From the human T2T-CHM13v2.0 reference genome, Homo sapiens: 64,000 nucleotides of DNA. The first letter of the stretch is position 1. The number at the start of each line of letters is the position of its first letter. The notes below the pieces were generated by a model that made no database searches, was not told the origin of the DNA, and was given only the letters and a program-made list of their open reading frames with translations. Both the position numbers and the translations under genes were made by a program. Of the stretch, positions 13,801 to 24,711 are shown one piece after another. The DNA is taken from assembly GCF_009914755.1 (NCBI RefSeq), contig NC_060933.1. One strand, 5' to 3'.

Positions 13801-16800
13801 GTTGATTCCATTCTTTCCATTCCATTCAAGTTGAATCCATTCCATTGCATTCCATTCCATTCGATTCCATTCGATTGCACGCGGGTTGATTCCTTTCCAT
13901 TCTATTCCATTACATTCCGTTCCATTCCCTTCCATTCCATTCTATTCGGGTTAATTCCATTCCATTCCATTCCACTCCATTCCAGTCCTTTCCATTCCAT
14001 TCCACTCGGGTTGATTCTATTCTATTCCTTTCCATTCCATTCCATTCCATTGCAATGGAGTTGATTCCATTCGAGTTGAATCCATTCCATTCCATTCCAT
14101 TCCATTCCATTCCATTGCACACGGTTTCATTCCATTCCATTCCATTCCATTCCATTTCATTCCATTCCATTCTATTCCGTACCATTCCATTCCATCCCAT
14201 TCCATTCCGTTCCATTCCATGCCATTACACTCGGGTTGATTCCATTCCTTTCCATTGGATTCTTGTTGAATCCATTCCATTCCATTCCATTCCATTCGAA
14301 TCCATTCCATTGCACTCGGGTTAATTCCATTCCATTCCATTCCATTTCATTTCATTCCATTCCATTCCATTACATTCGGATTGATTCTATTCCATTCCCT
14401 TACACTCCATTACATTCCATTCCATCTGGATGTTTCCATTGCATTCCATTCCACTCCACTCCATTCCATTGCATCAGGTTGATTGCATTCCATTCCATTC
14501 CATTCCATTCCGGATGATTCCATTCCATTGCATTCCATTCCATTCCATTCCCCTGCACTCGGGTTGATTCCATTCCATTCCATTCCATTCCATTCCATTC
14601 CATTCCATTCCATTCCGTTCCGTTCCATTCCATTCCATTCCATTCTATTCGGGTTAATTCCATTCCATTCCTTTCGATTCCATTCCATTCCATTCCATTC
14701 CATTGCAATCGAGTTGATTCCATTCCATTCCATTCCATTCCGTTCCGGATGATTCCATTCCATTGCATTCCATTCCATTCCATTCCTCTGTAGTCGGGTT
14801 GATTCCATTCCATTCCATTCCATTCCATTCCATTCCATTCCATTCCGTTCCATTCCATTCCATTCCATTCTATTCGGGTTAATTCCATTCCATTCCATTC
14901 CATTCCATTCCATTCCAATCGAGTTGATTCCATTCCATTCCATTCCATTCCATTCCACTCCATTCCAGTCCTTTCCATTCCATTCCACTCGGGTTGATTC
15001 CAATGTATTCCTTTCCATTCCATTCCATTCCATTGCAATCGAGTTGATTCCATTGCTTTGCATTCCATTCCATTCCATTCCATTCCGGATGATTCCATTT
15101 CATTACATTCCATTCCATTCCATTCCCCTGCACTCGGGTTGATTCCATTCCATTCCACTCCATTCCGTTCCATTCCATTCCATTCCATTGTATTCGGGTT
15201 AATTCCATTCCATTCCATTCCATTCCATTACAATCGAGTTGATTCCATTCCATTCCATTCCATTCCAGTCCTTTCCATTCCATTCCACTCGGGTTGATTC
15301 CATTCTATTAGTTTCCATTCCATTCCATTCCCTTCCATTCCACTCTGGTTGATTCCATTCCTTTCCATTCCACTCGAATACATTCCTTCCTTTTCCGCTC
15401 GGAAGGATTCCATTCCATTCCATTCCATTCCATTCCATTACATTACATTTCGTTCCATTCCTTTCTATTCCGTATCATTCCATTCCATTCCATTCCATTC
15501 CATTCCATTCCATTGTACTCGGGTTGATTCCATTCCATTGCATTCCATTCCATTCCATTCCATTCCATTCCGTTGCATTCCATTCCATTACATTCGGATT
15601 GATTCTATTCAACTCTCTTACTCTCCATTACATTCCATTCCATTCGGGTTATTCCATTCCATTCCATTCCATTCCACTCCATTCCATTGCACTCGGGTAG
15701 ATTCCATTCCATTCCATTCCATTCCATTCCATTCCATTCCATTCCGGATGATTCCATTCCATTGCATTCCGTTCCATTACATTCCCCTGCGCTCGCGATG
15801 ATTCCATTCCATTCCATTCCATTCCATTCCATTCCGTTCCGTTCCATTCCATTCCATTCCATTCCATTCCGTTCCGTTCCATTCCATTCCATTCTATTCG
15901 GGTTAATTCCATTCCATTCCATTCGATTGCAATCGAGTTGATTCCATTCCATTCCATTCAATTCCATTCCATTCCATTCCATTCCATTCCTTTCCATTCC
16001 ATTACTGATGATTCCATTCCATTGCATTCCATTCCATTCCATTCCCCTGTACTCGGGTTGATTCCATTCCATTCCATTCCAATCCATACGATTCCACTCG
16101 TGTTGATTCCATTCTTTCCATTCCATTCAAGTTGAATCCATTCCATTGCATTCCATTCCATTCGATTCCATTCGATTGCACTCGGGTTGCTTCCATTCCA
16201 TTGCATTCCATTCCATTCCATTCCATTCCATTCCATTCCATTCCGTTCCATTCCATTCCATTACATTCGGATTGATTCTATTCAATTCCCTTACACTCCA
16301 TTACGTTCCATTCCATTCGGGTAGTTTCCATTCCATTCCATTCCGTTCCTCTCCATTCCATTGCACTCGGGTTGATTCCATTCCATTGCATTCCATTCCA
16401 TTCCATTCAATTCCATTCCGTTCCATTCCATTCCATTACATTCGGATTGATTCTATTCAACTCCCTTACTCTCCATTACATTCCATTCCATTCGGGTTGT
16501 TCCATTCCATTCCATTCCATTCCACTCCATTCCATTGCACTCGGGTTGATTCCATGCCATTCCATTCCATTCCATTCCATTCCATTCCATTCCGGAAGAT
16601 TCCATTCCATTGCATTCCATTCCATTCCATTCCCCTGCACTCGCGTTGATTCCATTCCATTCCATTCTATTCCATTCCATTCCCTTCCTTTCCGTTCCAT
16701 TCCATTCCATTGCATTCCATTCCGTTCCGTTCCATTCCATTCCATTCCTTTCTATTCGGGTTAATTCCATTCCATTCCATTCGATTGCAATCGAGTTGAT

Positions 16801-19800
16801 TCCATTCCATTCCATTCCATTCCATTCCATTCCTTTCCATTCCGTTACGGATGATTCCATTCCATTGCATTCCATTCCATTCCATTCCCCTGTACTCGGG
16901 TTGATTCCATTCCATTCCATTCCAATCCATGCTATTCCACTCGTGTTGATTCCATTCTTTCCATTCCATTCAAGTTGAATCCATTCCATTGCAATCCATT
17001 CCATTCGATTCCATTTGATTGCACTCGGCTTGATTCCATTCCATTGCATTCCATTCCATTCCATTCCATTCCTTTCCGTTCCATTCCATTTCATTACATT
17101 CAGATTGATTCTATTCAATTCCCTTACACTCCATTATATTCCAATCCATTCTGGTTGTCTCCATTCCATTCCATTCCATTTCACTCCATTCCATTGCACT
17201 CGGGTTGATTCCATTCCATTCCATTCCATTGCATTCCATTCCATTCCATTCCGGATGATTCCATTCCATTGCATTCCATTCCATTCCATTCCCCTGCACT
17301 CGGGTTGATTCCATTCCATTCCACTCCATTCCGTTCCATTCCATTCCATTCCATTGTATTCGGGTTAATTCCATTCCATTCCATTCCATTCCATTCCATT
17401 CCATTCCATTACAATCGACTTGATTCCATTCCATTCCATTCCATTCCAGTCCTTTCCATTCCATTCCACTCGGGTTGATTCCATTCTATTAGTTTCCATT
17501 CCATTCCATTCCCTTCCATTCCACTCTGGTTGATTCCATTCCTTTCCATTCCACTCGAATACTTTCCCTCCTATTCCACTCGGAACGATTCCATTCCATT
17601 CCATTCCATTCCATTCCATTCCATTCCATTCCATTCCATTCCATTTCGTTCCATTCCATTCTATTCCGTATCATTCCATTCCATTCCATTCCATTCCATT
17701 CCATTCCATTCCATTCCATTCAATTGTACTCGGGTTGATTCCATTCCATTTCATTCCATTCCATTCCATTCCGTTCCATTCCGTTCCATTCCATTCCATT
17801 CCATTCTATTCGGATTAATTCCATTCCATTCCATTCCATTCCATTCTATTACATTCCATTGCAATCGAGTTGAATCCATTGCATTTCATTCCATTCCATT
17901 CCATTCCATTCCATTCCGGAATATTCCATTCCATTGCATTCCATTCCATTCCATTCCCCTGCACTCGCGTTGATTCCATTCCATTCCATTCCATTCCATT
18001 CCATTCCATTCCATTCCATTCCATTCCCTTCCATTCCTTTCCATTCCGTTCCGTTCCATTCCATTCCATTCCATTCCGTTCTGTTCCATTCCATTCTATT
18101 CGTGTTAATTCCATTCCATTCCATTCCATTGCAATCGAGTTGATTCCATTCCATTCCATTCCATTCCATTCAATTCCATTCCATTCCATTCCATTCAATT
18201 CCATTCCATTCCATTCCATTCCATTCCTTTCCATTCCATTACGGATGATTCCATTCCATTGCATTCCATTCCATTCCATTCCCCTGTACTCGGATTGATT
18301 CCATTGCATTCCATTCCAATCCATGCCATTCCACTCGTGTTGATTCCATTCTTTCCATTTCATTCAAGTTGAATCCATTCCATTGCATTCCATTCCATTC
18401 CATTCCATTCGATTGCACTCGGGTTGATTCCATTCCATTGCATTCCATTCCATTCCATTCCATTCCGTTCCATTCCATTCCATTACATTCGGATTGATTC
18501 TATTCAATTCCCTTACACTCCATTACATTACATTCCATTCGGGTAGTTTCCATTCCATTCCATTCCATTCCTCTCCATTCCATTGCACTCGGGTTGATTC
18601 CATTCCATTGCATTCCATTCCATTCCATTCAATTCCATTCCGTTCCATTCCATTCCATTACATTCGGATTGATTCTATTCAACTCCCTTACTCTCCATTC
18701 CATTCCATTCCATTCGGGTTGTTCCATTCCATTCCATTCCATTCCACTCCATTCCATTGCACTCGGGTTCATTCCATTCCATTCCATTCCATTCCATTCC
18801 ATTCCATTCCGGAAGATTCCATTCCATTGCATTCCATTCCATTCCATTCCCCTGCACTCGCGTTGATTCCATTCCATTCCATTCTATTGTATTCCATTCC
18901 CTTCCTTTCCGTTCCATTCCATTCCATTCCATTCCATTCGGTTCCGTTCCGTTCCGTTCCATTCCATTCCATGCCATTCTATTCGGGTTAATTCCATTCC
19001 ATTCCATTCGATTGCACTCGGGTTGATTCCATTCCATTGCATTCCATTCCATTCCATTCCCCTGCACTCGTGTTGATTCCATTCCATTCCATTCCATTAC
19101 ATTCCGTTCCATTCCATTCCATTCCATTCGGATTGATTCTATTCAATTGCCTTACACTCCATTACATTTCATTCCATTCGGGTAGTTTCCATTCCATTCC
19201 ATTCCATTCCTCTCCATTCCATTGCACTCGGGTTGATTCCATTCCATTCCATTCCATTCCATTCCATTCCATTCCATTCCATTCCGTTCCATTGTACTCG
19301 GGTTGATTCCATTCCATTGCATTCCATTCCATTCCATTCCATTCCATTCCATTCCATTCCGTTCCATTCCATTACATTCGGATTGATTCTATTCATCTCC
19401 CTTACTCTCCATTATATTCCATTCCATTCGGGTTGTTCCATTCCATTCCATTCCATTCCACTCCATTCCATTGCACTCGGGTTGATTCCATTGGATTCCA
19501 TTCCATTCCATTCCATTCCAGATGATTCCATTCCATTGCATTCCGTTCCATTACATTCCCCTGCACTCTGGCTGATTCCATTCCATTCCATTCCATTCCA
19601 TTCCATTCCAATTCTTTCCATTCCATTCTACTCCGTACCATTCCATTCCATTCCATACAATTCCATTCCATTCCATTCCACTCCGTTCCGTTCCGTTCCG
19701 TTCCGTTCCTTTCCGTTCCATTCCATTCCATTCCATTCTATTCGGTTTAATTCCATTCCATTCCATTCCATTCCATTCTATTCCATTCCATTGCAATCGA

Positions 19801-19859
19801 GTTGAATCCATTGCATTCCATTCCATTCCATTCCATTCCATTCCATTCCGGAAGATTCC
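2346..19859. promoter_or_regulatory. Dispersed set of perfect 3-unit heat-shock-element matches (nTTCnnGAAnnTTCn); sequence match only
   Basis: attccggaagattcc at 2346, 4548, 6202, 9728, 10537, 12266, 13201, 16589, 18806, 19845; attccggaatattcc at 3665, 12846, 17913. Binding is not demonstrated. Confidence 0.6.
14249..19060 (+). repeat. Higher-order repeat segment, copy 2 (truncated at ~19060)
   Basis: Near-identical to 1-4800. Colinearity is lost at ~4803 versus ~19060. Confidence 0.92.
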
Positions 19860-22800
19860 ATTCCATTGCATTCCATTCCATTCCATTCCATTCCATTCCA
19901 TTCCATTCCATTCCATTCCATTCCATTCCATTGTACTCGGGTTGATTCCATTCCATTGCATTCCATTCCATTCCATTCCTTTCCATCCCATTCCATCACA
20001 TTCGGATTGATTCTTTTCAACTCCCTTACACTCCATTCCATTCCATTCCATTCGGGTAGTTTCCATTCCATTCCATTCCATTCCTCTCCATTCCATTGCA
20101 CTCGTGTTGATTCCATTCCATTCCATTCCATTCCATTCCATTCCATTCCTTTCCATTCCATTACGGATGATTCCATTCCATTGCATTCCATTCCATTCCA
20201 TTCCCCTGTACTCGGGTTGATTCCATTCCATTCCATTCCAATCCATGCCATTCCACTCGTGTTGATTCCATTCTTTCCATTCCATTCAAGTTGAATCCAT
20301 TCCATTGCATTCCATTCCATTCGATTCCATTTGATTGCACTAGGGTTGATTCCATTCCATTGCATTCCATTCCATTCCATTCCATTCCATTCCATTCCAT
20401 TCCATTCCGTTCCATTCCATTCCATTACATTCGGATTGATTCTATTCAATTCCCTTACACTCCATTACATTCCATTCCATTCGGGTAGTTTCCATTCCAT
20501 TCTATTCCATTCCTCTCCATTCCATTGCACTCGGGTTGATTCCATTCCATTGCATTCCATTCCATTCCATTCCATTCCATTCCATTCCATTCCATTCCAT
20601 TCCATTCCATTGTACTCGGGTTGATTCCATTCCATTGCATTCCATTCCATTCCATTCCATTCCATTCCGTTCCATTCCATTCCATTACATTCGGATTGAT
20701 TCTTTTCAACTCCCTTACTCTCCATTACATTCCATTCCATTCGGGTTGTTCCATTCCATTCCATTCCATTCCACTCCATTCCATTGCACTCGTGTTGATT
20801 CCATTCCATTCCATTCCATTCAATTCCGTTCCATTCCATTCCATTCCATTCCATTGCAATCGAGTTGATTCCATTCCATTCCATTCCATTCCATTCCATT
20901 TCGTTCCAATCTATTCTATTCCAAACCATTCCATTCCATTCCATTCCATTCCATTCCATTCCATTCCATTCCATTCCATGCCATTCCACTCGGGTTGATT
21001 CCATTCCTCTCCATTCCATTCGGGTTGAATCCATTCCATTCCATTCCATTCCATTCCATTCGAATCCATTCCATTGCACTTGGGCTGATTCCATTCCATT
21101 CCATTCCATTCCATTCCATTCCGTTCCATTCCATTTCATTACATTCAGATTGATTCTATTCAATTCCCTTACACTCCATTATATTCCAATCCATTCTTGT
21201 TGTTTCCATTCCATTCCATTCCATTCCATTCTGTTCGGGTTAATTCCATTCCATTCCATTCCATTCCATTCCATTGCAATGGAGTTGATTCCATTCCATT
21301 CCATTCCATTCCATTCCATTCCATTCCATTTCGTTCCATTCCATTCTATTCCATACCATTCCATTCCATTCCATTCCATTCCCTTCCATTCCATGCCATT
21401 CCACTAGGGTTGATTCCATTCCTTTCCATTCCATTCGTGTTGAAGCCATTCCATTCCATTCCATTCCATTCCATTCCATTGCACTCTGGTTGATTCCATT
21501 CCATTGCATTCCATTCCATTCCATTCCATTCCATTCCATTCCATGCCATTCCACTCGGGTTGATTCCATTCCTTTCCATTCCAATCGAGTTGAACCCATT
21601 CCATTCCATTCCGTTCCGTTCCATTGCACTCGGTTTGATTCCATTCCATTCCATTGCATTCCATTTCATTCCGTTCCATTCCATTCCATTCCGTTCCATT
21701 CCATTCCATTACACTAGGATTGATTCTATTCAATTCCCTTACACTCCATTCCATTCCATTCCATTCCGGTAGTTTCCATTCCATTCCATTCCATTCCACT
21801 CCATTCCATTGTACTCGTGTTGATTCCATTACATTCCATTCAATTCCATTCCATTCCATTCCATTCCATTCCATTCAATTCCGGTTGATTCCATTCCATT
21901 GCATTCCATTCCATTCCATTCCCCTGCACTCAGGTTGATTCCATTCCATTCCATTCCATTCCATTCCATTCCATTCCATTCCATTCCATTCTGTTCGGGT
22001 TAATTCCATTCCATTCCATTCCATTCCATTCCATTCCATTCCATTCCATTGCCATCGAGTTGTTCCATTCCATTCCATTCCCTTCCATTCCATTCCATTC
22101 CACTCCATTCCATTTCGTTCCAATCCATTCTATTCCGAACCATTCCATTCCATTCCATTCCATTCCATTCCATTCCATTCCATTGCACTCGGGTTGATTC
22201 CATTCCATTCCATTGCATTCCATTTCATTCCGTTCCATTCCATTCCATTCCGTTCCATTCCATTCCATTAAACTAGGATTGATTCTATTCAATTCCCTTA
22301 CACTCCATTACATTCCATTCCATTCCTGTAGTTTCCATTCCATTCCATTCCATTCCACTCCATTCCGCTGCACTCGGGTTGATTCCATTCCATTCCATTC
22401 CATTCCATTCCATTCCATTCCCTTCCATTTCGTTCCATTCCATTCTATTCCGTACCATTCCATTCCATTCCATTCCATTCCATTCCATGCCATTCCACTC
22501 GGGTTGATTCCATTCCTTTCCATTCCATTCGTGTTGAAGCCATTCAATTCCATTCCATTCCATTCCATTCGATTCCATTCCATTGCACTCTGGTTGATTC
22601 CATTCCATTGCATTCCATTCAATTCAATTCCATTCCATTCCATTCCATTCCATTCCATTCCATTCCATTCCATTTCGTTCCATTCCATTCTATTCCGTAC
22701 CATTGCATTCCATTCCATTCCATTCCATTCCATTCCATTCCATGCCATTCCACTCGGGTTGATTCCATTCCTTTCCATTCCATTCCATTCCATTCCATTC

Positions 22801-23985
22801 CATTCCATTCCATTTCGTTCCATTCCATTCTATTCCGTACCATTCCATTCCATTCCATTCCATTCCATTCCATGCCATTCCACTCGGGTTGATTCCATTC
22901 CTTTCCATTCCATTCGTGTTGAAGCCATTCCATTCCATTCTTTCCATTCCATTCGATTCCATTCCATTGCACTCTGGTTGATTCCATTCCATTGCGTTCC
23001 ATTCAATTCCATTCCATTCCATTCCATTCCATTCCATTCGATTCCATTCCATTTCGTTCCATTCCATTCTATTCCGTACCATTGAATTCCATTCCATTCC
23101 ATTCCATTCCATTCCATTCCATTCCATTCAATTCCATTCCATTCCATGCCATTCCACTCGGGTTGATTCCATTCCTTTCCATTCCATTCGTGTTGAAGCC
23201 ATTCCATTCCATTCCATTCCATTCGATTCCATTCCATTGCACTCTGGTTGATTCCATTCCATTGCATTCCATTCCATTCCATTCCATTCCATTCCATTCC
23301 TTTCCATTCCGATCCATTCCATTCCATTACATTCGGATTGATTCTATTCTATTCCCTTACACTCCATTACATTCCATTCCATTCGGGTTTTTTCCACTCC
23401 ATTCCATTCCATTCTACTCCATTCCATTGCAATCGGTTTGATTCCATTCCTTTCCATTCCATTGCATTCCATTCCATTCCATTCCCCTGCACTCGACTTG
23501 ATTCCATTCCACTCCATTCCATTCCATTCTGTTCCATTCCATTCCATTCCATTCTATTCGGGTTAATTCCATTCCATTCTATTCCATTCTATTCCATTCC
23601 ATTCCATTGCAATCGAGTTGATTCCATTCCATTCCATTTCGTTCCATTCCATTCTGTTCCGTACTATTCCATTCCATTCCATTCCATTCCATTGCATTCC
23701 ATTCCATGCCATTCCACTCGGGTTGATTCCATTCCTTTCCATTCCATTTTTGTTGAATCCATTCCATTCCATTCCATTCCGGATGATTCCATTCCATTGC
23801 ATTCCGTTCCATTACATTCCCCTGCACTCTGGTTGATTCCATTCCATTCCATTACATTACATTCCGTTCCATTCCATTCCATTCCATTCCATTCCTTCCC
23901 ATTCCATTCCAGTCTGGTTGATTCCATTCTATTCCTTTCCATTCCATTCCATTCCCTTCCATTCCATTCTGGTTGATTCCATTCC

Positions 23986-24711
23986 CTCCCGAATGGAATT
24001 GAATGTAATGGAATGGAATGGAATGGAATGCAATGGAATCCTCCCGAATGGAATGGAATGGAATGGAATGGAATGGAATGGAATGGATTAGATTGGAATG
24101 GAATGGAATCAACCAGAGAGGAATGGAATGGAATGCAATGGAAGGGAATGGAACCAACCTGAGTGGAATGGAATGGAATGAAATGGAATTGAATGGAATG
24201 GAATCAACTGGAATGGAATTGAAAGGAATGGAATGGAGTGGAATGGATTTAATCCGAGTGGAATGGAATGGAATGGAATTGAATGGAATGGAATGGAGTG
24301 GAATGGAATGGAATGGAATGGAATGCAATCAACCCGAGTGGAATGGAATGGAATGGAATGGAATGGAATGGAATGGAATCTACCAGAATGGAATGCAATG
24401 GAATGGAATGGAATGGTATGGAATGGAATGGAATGGAGTCTACCCGAATGAAATGGAATGGAATGGAAGGGAATGGAATCTACCCGAATGGAATGGAATG
24501 GAATGGATTCAGATGGAGTTTAATGTAATGAAATGGAATGGAATGGAATAGAATCAACTCGCGTGGAAAGGAATGGAATATAACTGAATCAACCCGAGTG
24601 GAATGGAATGGAATGGAATGAAATGGAATGGAATCAACTGGAATGGAATGGAAAATAGTGGAATGTAATGGAATGTTTTCCAACCGAGTGGAATGGAATG
24701 GAATTGAATCA
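23986..24711 (-). repeat. Orientation block 2: GGAAT on + strand (~0.73 kb inverted)
   Basis: Switch at ...gattccattcc|ctcccgaatggaatt (~23985). Returns at gaattgaatcatctattccatcg (~24711). Confidence 0.95.

Larger units (their letters stand above)
1..23985 (+). repeat. Orientation block 1: CATTC on + strand; homogeneous higher-order-repeat domain
   Basis: C/T-rich + strand up to ...ggttgattccattcc at ~23985. Long perfect pentamer runs and a small recurring set of variant words (ccggatgatt, cccctgcactcggg, ctattcgggttaatt, gcaatcgagttg). Confidence 0.95.

Noticed and set aside
1-24000. Recurrent decamer separated by variable-length tracts as a CRISPR-like array
   Set aside because: The intervening tracts are the same pentamer, not unique spacers. 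There are no cas genes, and the decamer is the known HSat3 interspersed motif.
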